A program made the position numbers and the translations under genes. A model generated the notes under the pieces. It ran no database searches, was not told the origin of the DNA, and was given only the letters and a program-made list of their open reading frames with translations. From Balanoglossus misakiensis (lineage: Eukaryota > Animalia > Hemichordata), in assembly GCA_040954595.2 (NCBI GenBank), contig CM082576.2, positions 16,291,028 to 16,355,027 on the forward strand: a DNA stretch of 64,000 nucleotides. Direction: 5' to 3'. Numbering within the stretch: position 1 is the stretch's first letter; the number at the start of each line of letters is the position of its first letter. Shown here one piece after another: positions 40,501 to 52,285 of this stretch.

Positions 40501-41783
40501 GAGTGACCCTCAAGGGACAAGGGTGTTTCACTTCTGTTGCAATGTCATTTCCATTGACACAAGTTCAGTTGCCAGTTAGCTATTCATTACACATAATACC
40601 AAGACATAACAGTCTGTTTACGTCTGGGTGTGTTTAATATTAACAATAAAGGCTGTCCCTTATATGATCAGAATATGTTGATTCCAGTAATTACAAGAAA
40701 ACATATCAATTTAGTTTCAATTGTAGCAACTGTTATGATTTATCTGAGCTGAGACAACATCTCTGCTTTGAAGATTTGTTTTGTGGCATCCAAACACAAA
40801 GTGAGTTTCCTATGAAGACAACGTTCAGAAAGATTTTCAGGTTGGCTTGGAGGAAATAATGCTATCCAAATATGCGTTAGAGTACAGGTATAAAAATCTG
40901 TCATAACTACCCATCATGCATCAGTCAGACTGTGCTACTTGTATCATAGAGCAAAACTAGCAAAAATATGCAAATATCAAATTTTACTGTTGAAAAGTTT
41001 TATACAATACCATATAACTTTTAAATAGCTTCCAAGAATATTGTAATACATTGAGTGTTCAATGGGAAAATTTACATAGATAGCGTGAAAACATTCTAGA
41101 CATTTGATGAGCACAAAGTGAAAAGACACTGATCGAGTTATGATATCAAGTCAAAATGGATTGCAACAGTAATTACCACTGTAACTGGACATGCTGGTAG
41201 TAGAAACAACATTGGTTAGAGTTTATGGTTGAACCTTGTGACTTGACAAGCATTTGCAGACACTGTACAGGCCATCCAGATGAAAAAAACATTGGAAACG
41301 ACACCAAAACATGCTAACATACTAAGTGACTTGGCAAACAACTGATATCAGCCATATGTGGTTTATTTTCCAGCCATCGATGACAGCGCGAGACTTCATT
41401 CTGACCTTTCCACCCCGATAGTATGGTTCAGCCCATTGTTTTCAATGATATGGTTTAACCCATATACTAGAAATGGGGTGAAAGTCTCTCTCTATGTTCT
41501 ATTTTGTTGTGAAGCTGTTAACTTAATAATCCTTCTTTCCAAGTGGGCATTGTGTTGTTGCAGGTATCTTTGTAATCATATCAGCTTGCTTCTCCAAAAC
41601 ATCATCCACCTGATTACTATCCCTGTAACAAACACAATACAAAAACACTCATTAAAATCACGAATTTACTTCAATTCCAAACCAAGGTAGCGATTTGACG
41701 CGCTCGCCTTTGTGTGTGGCTGGGCAACAGGTGTCTGCCGATGTCAAACTGCCATAGCTGTAGTATACTATGTTTACAGTATA

Positions 41784-41948
41784 CAGTCAAACCTGTATTA
41801 GTGGCTACCTCTATATAGTGGCCACTTTGTTACAGTCCCTGTGCAATTTACATATGCATTAATTGACCTGTATATAGAGGCCATTATCTGTCTATAAAGG
41901 CCAGTTCAGAAGAGTCCCTTAACTGGCCACTATAGACAGGTTCGAATG
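41784..41948. mobile_element. Tigger-like MITE
   Basis: TA|CAGTCAAACCTGTATTAGTGGC ... GCCACTATAGACAGGTTCGAATG|TA. Confidence 0.7.
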
Positions 41949-42207
41949 TACTACAGCAGATCAACATCATCAGGCACCTGTGCATGGGTCCTAATACAAT
42001 GTAATTGTTCTAACTGTGGCCAAAACAAATTTGCTGGCATACCAAATCCCCACCCCCAGAAATCAAATGGTTAATCTCCCCCAAGAAACAATACAATAGA
42101 TTTATTCCACATAAAGTGTAGAAAGAATTGTTATCATACAATCAGCCACTGACTCACACAGTAACCTGCAATATAGGCAAACTCTTTCATTCTCTGTCAA
42201 AGTTTGC

Positions 42208-43090
42208 AACTAGACCACGAGCCAGTAGGGGTTTACCTCCCCCCCCCCCCCCGGGGGGAATATTTGAGACAATGTTTTTCTGAAAGCCTATCATATACTG
42301 AGTAAAATTCACTTTGTTTGCCATCTGGGCACCGGGGCGTTTTCGAGTTATTGGCTTCTAAATTATATTGGGTAGCGTATGTAGAAAAGCCTAAAAGTGC
42401 ATATAAATTGACGTAGGGGGGTAAATTAGTCTTGTAAAATACTGTCTCTCTGAATGTATACCTAGAACAACAGGGAAGTATTTGGTATCAAAAGAAAGCT
42501 TAATAAACAAGCTTTCCATTAATTACAAAATAAAAGTGATATGACAAATCATGACATCATAGTGACGTCATAAGTCAAAATACCCTTACGAAAATGGTGT
42601 TCTGTTCACCTATAAATGTGAGGTTTTGCAAAACACGTCTCTGAGCAATTGTACTGATGAAAACTGTGATGTGTTTGGTATCAACAGAAAGCTGATTGAG
42701 TAAAGTATCTAATTATTGCAAACAATTGATATAATAATCAATTACGCCATCATTACGTCATACTTCCAAGTACCCTTACCAATTAGTGACTATGATGACA
42801 AGTTATTACCGTAGGAGATAGGTGCCTTTAAATAAAAAAATTGGTAAGGAAGGTTTGTGAAGTCCATTCTATGTAAAAATTGGTGCTGATTCCAAAAAAG
42901 GCAGTCTTATTGACCCCACCCAAGACAAAATTGCCATTTTGGCACTTTTTAACCCAAAAAAGGTCATTTTTAGAAAACACTAAAAACACACTGTTTTCAT
43001 CACATTCGAAGATCTGATGACATATGATATGCCTATTCTATGTAAAATTACGAAAAAAGCAGTTTGACTGACCCCACCCAAGACTATCTC
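42208..43090 (-). mobile_element. Probable non-autonomous Helitron-like repeat
   Basis: Minus-strand end ...GGTCTAG|T with a GC-rich hairpin-forming tract upstream; internal duplicated subunits (TTTGGTATCAA.AGAAAGCT x2; TGACCCCACCCAAGAC x2). Confidence 0.35.
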
Positions 43091-43535
43091 CTGTAGAAAA
43101 CACACAAGAGGAAGAACATACTCTATTCATTGTTTCATTAAAGGGACATTATTTTATTTTCAGTACTTTCGTTCTGTGTACCAAATGTAATTTCTTGTTC
43201 TACATCAAACAGTCTGCTTATATATCCGGTATATGTACCTACACTGCTTGTCAACATAACTATAGCCGTAGGTATGTAACGGCCGATGTTAGTGTTGCGA
43301 ATACATGATGTATAACCTAACAATGTTTATAATTCAAACAGCTGTAAACATTAAAAAAAACTTTTGCTTAATTGTACCGGATGAACGTTGGTGTTTACGT
43401 GCATTTCATAAATAAAAAAGATGTATATGCAAATTTTGATGTCTGCAAGAACATCCTTATTGACAAACGTGTACAGTACAACAGTACAGGAATGTGGCGA
43501 GACATGTTTGCATGGCAAAACTAATGTCTTCCTAC

Positions 43536-44268
43536 CTGCGTTTCCGGTATATTCTCCAAGAGTCAGTTTATATTTACTGAATTCATCACCAATGACGAAT
43601 CTATCATATTTTGCGTATCTGGTTTCGTTGTCAAAGTCTTCCATGTCGATTCTGAGTTCGTAAGTCCGTTGATTTGTCAATCGATGCAACTTATCATTTC
43701 CCAGCCAGAACTCGGCAGCAGGAAACCCGAATCCATTTTTGTAGTCAACCCAGTCACGGTAGAAATCTAAGCTACCATCGCGTCTCCTTTGAAATACCTT
43801 ATAATTAAAAGAATGAACGCGAAAACCATCAACGCCAGACTGAGACCAATTAAGGTGTGTACCTTCCACAGGAATTACTTTCAATCGGACACCAAGAAAT
43901 CGGAAGTAGCTGAATTGCAAAAATATAAAAAATACCAAAAGTGATCGGCTTTCATCCGGTGAGAAAACAATTGTATCTGGCAATCTATCATAATCGTGTA
44001 TTCCAGAACTATAGTTTTACACGTTTGCAATACAGATTAAATTAACAGTTTTCTCTCGAAGCAGCGCTTTTATTCTAAGGAATAATACTAGCCCTGCTTC
44101 GCTAAGTATTCTAATAGACACATACCGTCCACCCTCCGTTATCTGTCTCCATATCACAATAGACTTTGAATGGGGTTCCGTCGTCCATGGGTTGCACAGT
44201 GTACACGCCACTTGGAGTTTCTTTGTCCCGCCGATAAATATCATAGCAATCCAACCGTGGCCGACGCT
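43536..44268 (-). CDS. Fibrinogen-related domain (FReD/ficolin-like) gene, two exons, apparently partial
   Basis: Exon 44126-44268 DCYDIY...SGVYTVQP...FKVYCDMETDNGGWT; exon 43536-43797 VFQRRRDGSLDFYRDWVDYKNGFG...EFWLGNDKLHRLT...YELRIDMEDF...GEYTGNAG; canonical splice sites. Confidence 0.9.
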
Positions 44269-45067
44269 CTAAAATACACGCATAATCTTTGAATCATTAT
44301 TGACGCTTATATAATCGATCAAATCCAGAACGTGTACGTCTAAGATAAGAGGAGTCTGATGATTCTAAAAAATTATTGATGAAATTTGATGTGGCATATT
44401 GCGAAAGTACATGTAGAGCTCCATATAACACATGAATAAGTGTTGGTATATTATTTGCTAAGCGTACTGTATATTAGTTCTATGGGTCAAAACTGACGTC
44501 ATTGTGTACATCGGTACACAACGGTATGCGAAGCACTATTTTCTGAACAGCGATAAATTTTCAATATTATTGTGCATCTTTATCTCCCAAAACTATAAGA
44601 CTATTTTAACAAGTATTTGAGCTTATGATTAAAAATAATGTACAGCCATGATGCAATGGCGCTTACATAAAGGACCCTTAGCTTCATGGTACCACAGTTA
44701 TTAGATTGAGCGGCACAATACAAGGAGATAGCAACAACATCTATATCAACCTCACGTGTAGACTGACACATGACCAGTAATGCTCCCGAGTGAAATGTTG
44801 ACCAATGATGCAATTTACTGCCGAAAAATTGGTGATAATAAGCTCTCTGCGTTTCGTCTAAAGGGCGACTCTAGTTCAGTGCCGATATAGCATCACGCAT
44901 ATTGTTTCACCTGGTTCAGAAGATTAGTTCTGTTCGCTACAATTCAGACGGCGAGCCGGAGCGCCCGCACAGGACTGAATCTTTCAGTCTATAGGCTATA
45001 CTACGAGATTTAAAATAAATCAAAAACATTCTCAAATACATGTAGACGGGAAATATCACATAATTTG

Positions 45068-45362
45068 GAGACTCCTCCATGCGGCTCTGGGGTTTCTTTA
45101 CTGTGCCGGGCATTTCACAGTAAAACTTCACTGAGAACCGATACACCGACGTATAACCCTGAACAAGGAGTACTGAGATTAGTGTCAAGATGAAACAGAC
45201 TTTCCTCGACCTGCCCCGTTGCCAGAGCAAGGAGTACTGAGTTCTGTGCCAACATTGCACTAAATCCTTTCCTCAACCTGCACACTGCCAGTGCACAGTC
45301 CAACAGCTACCCACGCGGCCATGGCTTGGAGGAGTCTTTGACGTTAGTTCCTTTAGCCCGGA
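45068..45362 (-). ncRNA. Unassigned structured RNA-like element, variant 1 copy a
   Basis: Terminal helix GACTCCTCCA/TGGAGGAGTC enclosing the conserved core GTGGGTAGCTG...GTGAAGTTTTACTGTGAAATGCCCGGCACAGTAAAGAAACCCCAGAGCCGC (minus strand). Confidence 0.55.
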
Positions 45363-45847
45363 AACAGTGTTGTCATGAAGACAAAAATGAATGACAGAGA
45401 AATCAACAGATCATATTTTGCTCAAAGGCAGAGACTGTACTCACCGAGGCTGTACTTACTGAAAACATGCCAGGTGCCGATCTTGTCCACTTGAGATAAT
45501 GTTCACAATTTTGTTCCGAAGTCTTCTTCCAGTTTCCATGTGTCGCACATGTTTTCATTACATACTACATTATGTATGTACACATAGCCGTTCTGTCATT
45601 CTTTTATGTTTCCAAAGGACCCACATTTAGCTCCCGTGGTTACCCACACGAATTGTTCCGTATGTCTGCCCTTCTGTACATGCCTATTTCAGTCTGTGTC
45701 ATCGATATTGAAAGAACGGCTTATCACATTTGAACCCAATTTGATGGACATGTAATGATTCAAAATGGCGAGGCTTACCAGTGTTGTGATAAGCCATTGG
45801 ATGATTTACAAAACTGTCGCCCCAAAAACAAACTACAGGACAATTTG

Positions 45848-46147
45848 GAGACTCCTCGAAGCCGAGCGGCTCTGGGGTTTCTTTACTGTGCCGGGCATTT
45901 CACAGTAAAACTTCACTGAGAACCGATACACCGACGTATAACCCTGAACAAAGAGTACTGAGATTAGTGTCAAGATGAAACAGACTTTCCTCGACCTGCC
46001 CCGTTGCCAGAGCAAGGAGTACTGAGTTCTGTGCCAACATTGCACTACATCCTTTCCTCAACCTGCACACTGCCAGTGCACAGTCCAACAGCTACCCACG
46101 CGGCCATGGCTTGGAGGAGTCTTTGACGTTAGTTCCTTTAGCCCGGA
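45848..46147 (-). ncRNA. Structured RNA-like element, variant 1 copy b
   Basis: Near-identical to 45068-45362; part of a ~785 bp tandem unit. Confidence 0.55.
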
Positions 46148-46829
46148 AACAGTGTTGTCATGAAGACAAAAATGAATGACAGAGAAATCAACAGATTATA
46201 TTTTGCGCAAAGGCATAGGAATTACGAGACTGTACTTACCGAAAACGCGCCAGGAGCCAACCGCTTTTGCTCATGATGATGGCAATCTTGGTAGGAAACC
46301 TTCTTGGGTTTTCTAGTTTCATTGAGTTCAGCCGTCTCCTGTTTTGTCGACCGTGTAAGTGGTGGTAACGGCCATCTTGGATATGCAGCATATATTTGCA
46401 TGATTGCATATGCACACACCTGTTCTGTCATTCTTTTATGTTTCAAAGGGACACACCCACATTTAGCTCACGTGTTTACAAAGGGACTGTGTATGCGCGT
46501 ATCTCTGTCATCGACAACTCAAGAACGCCGTATCACATTTGAATCAAATTTGATGAACAGATATTGATTCAAAATGGCGGGACCTGATTAAATCTTGGTT
46601 TACGCGGCTTCATATTAATAAAGTTTCTATAATTACAAATATTTTTAGCTGACAATTAGTGTGTATGAGGAGCACCATGTTAATTTTAATTAAATACACT
46701 GACTTACTGCATCGATGCATCGTTGACTCCAAGATTTGACCCCCCCCCCCCAATTATGTTCTGACCAGTGTTGTGATAACCCGTTGGATGAGTAACAAAT
46801 CTGTCGCCCCAAAAACAAACTACAGGACA

Positions 46830-47012
46830 TTAGTGTCAAGATGAAACAGACTTTCCTCGACCTGCCCCGTTGCCAGAGCAAGGAGTACTGAGTTCTGTGC
46901 CAACATTGCACTAAATCCTTTCCTCAACCTGCACACTGCCAGTGCACAGTCCAACAGCTACCCACGCGGCCATGGCTTGGAGAAGTCTTTGATGTCAGTT
47001 CTTTACCCCGGA
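46830..47012 (-). ncRNA. Structured RNA-like element, variant 1, 3'-truncated copy
   Basis: Matches the 5' half of variant 1 only; the P3 hairpin half is deleted. Confidence 0.4.
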
Positions 47013-47679
47013 AACATGAAGACAAAAAAGAATGACATAAGTTTGGCGCAAAGGCAGAAGAAAAACAAGACTGTACTCACCGAGAACACCCCAGGCGAGG
47101 GGACTTACCTGAAATGTTCCATCTCTGTTTGCGCTGTCCACGTATATACAACGTTGATCCCGTAGACAATATCGTTTTCTCAATATCTCGAATGTTTCCG
47201 TAGCACCGACACAGTTGTCATATACGACTGGGTTTCTCAATCTCTTTTACATTCCAACTGTCATCATCCAAATATCATGTCTCCTGTCTTCTGGTTCGAC
47301 GTTTAGGTTAATTTTCTTAATTTCGAACCTGTGATGCACACCTTCCTACTATTTACAACAAAAGTTTGATATGTCTATAAATCTTAGAATAGTGGTTTGT
47401 TTACTTTGTTTCTCGCTTGACAAAAGTGTTTCCTTACGAATGCTGAGCCCCATTCGGTAAGCCGATGCAATTTTACAAATTATCGATGGGAGTTGCTCGA
47501 CTTCTTTGGTAAAATGAATGATACTGCTATAATACAAAAAAATATGCTAGCTTAATAGATTTGTGCATATGGTTTTCAAAGTTGATGTGAAAAATATGGT
47601 TCTATTGTTGGCAAAAGTAACCTTATCTGTCGTTAGTCTAATATTTTAGAGAAAGAAACAACGAAAACAGTTTTTTACG

Positions 47680-47947
47680 GAGCTCTGTAAGCGGTTCTGG
47701 GGTCTCTTTACCGTGCCGGGCATTTCACAGTAAAACTTCACTATGTATTCATACACCAGCGGAGGGGTGGGTACAATATTTGACCCTGAACAAGGTCTAC
47801 AAACGGCGATGGGTCGGCTCGTTCTCTCCCCTTTCACTCAACCACCTGACCCCTGCCTCGACCTGTTCACTACTGGTGTAATTTCCACAGCTACCCACGT
47901 GACCATAGCGTACAAGGGCTTATATATTATGATCACTTTTACCCGGA
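47680..47947 (-). ncRNA. Structured RNA-like element, variant 2 copy a
   Basis: Same core, with a different but pairing terminal helix (AGCCCTTGTA/TACAGAGCT) and inner helix TACACCAG/CTGGTGTA. Confidence 0.6.
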
Positions 47948-48308
47948 AATGTCTAGCTGCAAGAATTTGTCAAGACAATGACAGATAAGATTACCTTGTA
48001 CCATTCCCGTGGCATTTTTCGATTGGGAAATTGTCAACTTCATCAGCTATGTGTTACCCCCCTCATCCCCCCCCCCCAAAAAAAAAAAATTCTAAGGAAA
48101 TTTGTGTGTGTTAGTGACTGTGTGTGAAGTCTACCGTTCACGGTAACATAGAAAATTATTTTGCCAAACTTAGAATAGAAAATATATGTTGGAGTTTATT
48201 ATTTACATTTATTCACATATGCAGCTCAATTCAAAACACGGTTTAAAAGGTCATAAAGTTGTATGCCGGTGCCGAATCACATTGTTTTTTAACCGAGCAA
48301 ATTTTGTT

Positions 48309-48545
48309 GAGTCTTCCAAGCGGTTCTGGGGTCTCTTTACCGTGCCGGGCGTTTCACAGTAAAACTTCACCGTGTACTCCTACGCCAGCGTTTTTTAGTG
48401 GAGACAAGGAATGACGGGATGGCCGAACCACCAACATCAGTTCTACTTGTTCAACACCAGTGTACTTCCCCCGGCGTACTTTCCACGGCTACCCACGTGA
48501 CCATAGCTTGGCGGTCTCTTTGATGCAACCTCTTAAAGCCGAGAA
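48309..48545 (-). ncRNA. Structured RNA-like element, variant 3 copy a
   Basis: Same core; helices CCAAGC/GCTTGG, CCGTG/CACGG and TACGCCGG/CTGGCGTA. Confidence 0.6.
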
Positions 48546-50116
48546 ATATATACTGTTTTCATTCAGAAGACTAACGACAGACACCGCTGAATATTAAAAT
48601 CACTGTCTATTGAAATGAGCTGTATATATGATACCAATGGGCATAATCTTTACGATAGTTACGCATCATACCCTTGCCTTGAGTAGGATGTTGTATGTGT
48701 AACGCTCTTTAGGAAAATAATAATCACAGTCGCGTGAGAGTTTGTTACACGTCGAACTGTTCCTATTCTTCTGAGTCATAGGGGCAATTCGCCGTGTAAT
48801 AAAAATGCTCTTTAGATACGACTTCATTTACCCGAAATACCAACGTTTATGCAACAATCACTCCCACTTTTGATCCACGTGTGACCCCCTAGATAGGTTA
48901 GAATTATCCTGCGCTACAATCTCTGTACGGCAGCGCTTTTGACGTGAGCAGGGCCAGGGGAACGAACGCGCTACTTGACAACATGTCACTCCATTCGTGC
49001 GACGCGCACGCAGCCGTGCGCACGATGCATGCAATGTGATGTTTGGCCGAAGCACAGCGACTGCGGCCGAAGCTTGTGTATCGCTGTTTGTATAAAGTTT
49101 ACTGGCATACAGTACCTCTTCTACGACTTTTTTTGTAAAATTAGAATTCATTGGTTATTTTGCATAATTTTTAACCAATGCCGTACATGGCCAAGACGAT
49201 TACGGCCTGTATTAAATCGCTAACTTTTCCCGAGTTGCTTAGCATCGCACTGTATGCATCACACGACAAATATTACAGAAAACAAAAGCCTCTCACGATT
49301 CTTACCCGAGGGAGGCGCTCTTCATATTTTATGTCCAGTAGTTCCAGTGAACACTGCCAAAACAAGTGCGTGAAGAGCGGGTTCTCAACCAGCCACTTTA
49401 CAACAAAGAAAATGAAACGAAAGCAGAGAGTGTAGAGCCGCTGCTTGTGCTTTGTGATCGTGAGGAGTCGTCTATGGCAACAGTGACACAAATAGAACAT
49501 CAGAACACTTCCTGTTTTCTTGCGACAAAAGCATGATGGGAATTTCATCGCGAGAACTTTCGCGCGTCCGTGAGCGGGTAACTTAGCAACAAGTATGGCG
49601 AACATTCCTTTCTTACGGCGTGGTGGCGACAGCCTTTAGGCGCGGCTTTCCGCGGACCCGAATTTTCCTTTCATTTGGCGAAGGAGGGATCTTTGCCTGT
49701 ACAGATTATTCTAAACCTTTAAATCTTGTGAACAAGGGGTAAAACATTCCAATGATAAAATGTACTTATTTTTAGTTGGAGTTTTTGACCTAAAATTTGC
49801 GTATAAAGTTTCCTTTTAGACTTGCTCTCGTCGTAGCCTCGTAGCATTGTCTGTGCGACAGTGCTGTAAAAAAACAACAGTTAGACATGAATCTTACCGA
49901 GAGGCGGCGCTTTTCGGATGGCAATGTTAAGTACTTGAAGTGTGGTAGAACTACCAAATGATGAAAACAGGATTTCAGCGAAAGTTTCTCGTCTTTTGTT
50001 ACACTGAAGCGCGAAGGGTGGCGTCCATCCGGCGGAGAAAAACGATGGGTATGGCTCTCTCTGCTGGTTTGGTTTCTTCCATTGCATCATGTCCATGATT
50101 GCAGTCAACAATTCTG

Positions 50117-50305
50117 ATGAGTGAGAGCGCCAAAATGTTTCATACATCAATCAAAGGTAGGCAATTTCAACGTGGACATTCGTTGAGTAGAGATCTGCGA
50201 ACACTTTTTTTGTCTGAACTTGAAGAAAATGGAGCCGACAAAAATACAGGATATATTCCAAGGGTTACTTTAGCATCTGTCAGCAAAAAGTTCAAGTTGG
50301 ATGAC
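50117..50305 (+). pseudogene. N-terminal fragment of a paired-like IS630/Tc1-type transposase
   Basis: KGRQFQRGHSLSRDLRTLFLSELEENGADKNTGYIPRVTLASVSKKFKL resembles paired-box-like HTH N-termini of invertebrate Tc1-like transposases; no DDE part visible. Confidence 0.5.
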
Positions 50306-51417
50306 CGAGGCATATTCTCTCGATCTGAACCACGTCGAACACTGTCAGTAAAGTGTCGCTGTATATGATGCCGTCAGGGAAATCACTTGCCCCAAGATAC
50401 AGCAAAATATTTGACGGAAACACTGGCTATATAATAGTAGAAGAATAATCTGAAACATCGGCAGTCATGATACGATTTAAAGTTCAGTCATGTTGATTGT
50501 TTTGAGTTCAGCGTTGGGAAAGCGTTGTACTTTGTCATGCGGGTGGACAATATGGAAGGTCAACTTCCATTTCTTTTCATGGCGTCGGTATACTCAGTTT
50601 ATTATGGGTCACAAATCAACTATTTAACATGAACTACCACTGACTGAAATTTTCTTGTTCAACGTTTGAAGGTTTGTTAAAAAAAGCATGAAACTTTAAA
50701 AACAAATTGCGTGCGAAGTCTGATTGTGTGTACGTGTGCAGTGAAGCGATGGATTGCAGAGACAATATGCGTACGCTCCCTTTGGAATTCAACTTGCTAC
50801 AATGTTTGACTTATGTACTGGCCAGCGATAAAGAAAGTTGTCAAACCAAGAAATCAAAACCGGACACTCAATTAATTTTCCCTGTATCACTTTCCTCAAT
50901 TATAGTATACTACCCAAATAATAAAAAATATATTCTCTGCGAATTATGGTGTGTTTTTAGTGACTGTATGTAAAGTAAGTTCAAATCTTAATCCTTCCAA
51001 AGGAGGATAATGCTCAGAAAAGTTAGTCCTTTCAAATTTCCCCTTCAGAATTTATCACCGTCACATTCGACCTTCAAGCCACGTTCTGGACACACAGACC
51101 CATACTCGCGTAAACAAAACCATTTGGGTCTTACCATCAGGCAGCGCTCTTAAAATAATGCTATTTATGTCCTAGAATCTTACTATCTTACTGAGATTAA
51201 CACGGTAACGACCTGAACATCAGTGTCGTTTACCTATATACATTCATGGTTGTTAAAAGTGTCCCATATGAGTGTTCAGTCCCCGTTCGTTTTGTAAGCC
51301 TGTCGTTTTTAGGGTATGTGAAAAACACTGCCGTTTTTTTCATTATTAGCCAAAGTTACCTTATCTGTCGTTAGTCTCATTTTTTAGAGAAAGAAACAAC
51401 GAAAACATTTTTTTACG

Positions 51418-51687
51418 GAGCCCTGTAAGCGGTTCTGGGGTCTCTTTACCGTGTCGGGCATTTCACAGTAAAACTTCACTATGTATTCATACACCAGCGG
51501 AGGGGTGGGTACAAGATTTGACCCTGAACAAGGTCTACAAACGGCGATAGGTCGGTTCGTTCTCTCCCCTTTCACTCAACCACCTGACCCCTGCCTCGTC
51601 CTGTTCACTACTGGTGTAATTTCCACAGCTACCCACGTGACCATAGCGTACAAGGGCTTATATATTATGATCACTTCTACCAGGAAA
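51418..51687 (-). ncRNA. Structured RNA-like element, variant 2 copy b
   Basis: Duplicate of 47680-47947; terminal helix AGCCCTTGTA/TACAGGGCT. Confidence 0.55.
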
Positions 51688-52048
51688 TGTCTAGCTGCAA
51701 GAATTTGTCAAGACAATGACAGATAAGATTACCTTGTACCATTCCCGTGGCATTTTTCTATTGGAAAATTGTCAACTTCATCAGCTATGTGTTACCCCCC
51801 TCAACCCCCCCCCCCCCGAAAAAAAAATTCTAAGGAAATTTGTGTGTGTTAGTGACTGTGTGTGAAGTCTACCGTTCACGGTAACATAGAAAATTATTTT
51901 GCCAAACTTAGAATAGAAAATATATGTTGGAGTTTATTATTTATATTTATTCACATATGCAGCTCAATTCAAAACACGGTTTAAAAGGACATAAAGTTGT
52001 ATGCCGGTGCCGAATCACATTGTTTTTTAAAATGTAGCAAATTTTGTG

Positions 52049-52285
52049 GAGTCTTCCAAGCGGTTCTGGGGTCTCTTTACCGTGCCGGGCGTTTCACAGT
52101 AAAACTTCACCGTGTACTCCTACGCCCGCGTTTTTTAGTGGAGACAAGGAATGACGGGATGGCCGAACCACCAACATCAGTTCTACTTGTTCAACACCAG
52201 TGTACTTTCCCCGGCGTACTTTCCACGGCTACCCACGTGACCATAGCTTGGCGGTCTCTTTGATGCAATCTCTTAAAGCCCAGAA
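52049..52285 (-). ncRNA. Structured RNA-like element, variant 3 copy b
   Basis: Duplicate of 48309-48545. Confidence 0.55.

Noticed and set aside
45116-45135. CACAGTA as a RAG recombination signal heptamer
   Set aside because: No nonamer at 12/23 spacing; the sequence is explained as one arm of the P3 stem.
47685-47742. Resemblance of the RNA core to 23S rRNA domain V (GTGAA...AAAGACCCC..GAACC) or RNase P CR-V
   Set aside because: The alignment needs many gaps and the element's own covarying helices do not match those folds.
47685-47910. Hairpin ribozyme (AGAA opposite GUC)
   Set aside because: Variant 1 has AGAG/GCC, i.e. a covarying base pair rather than the invariant loop A; loop B consensus is absent.
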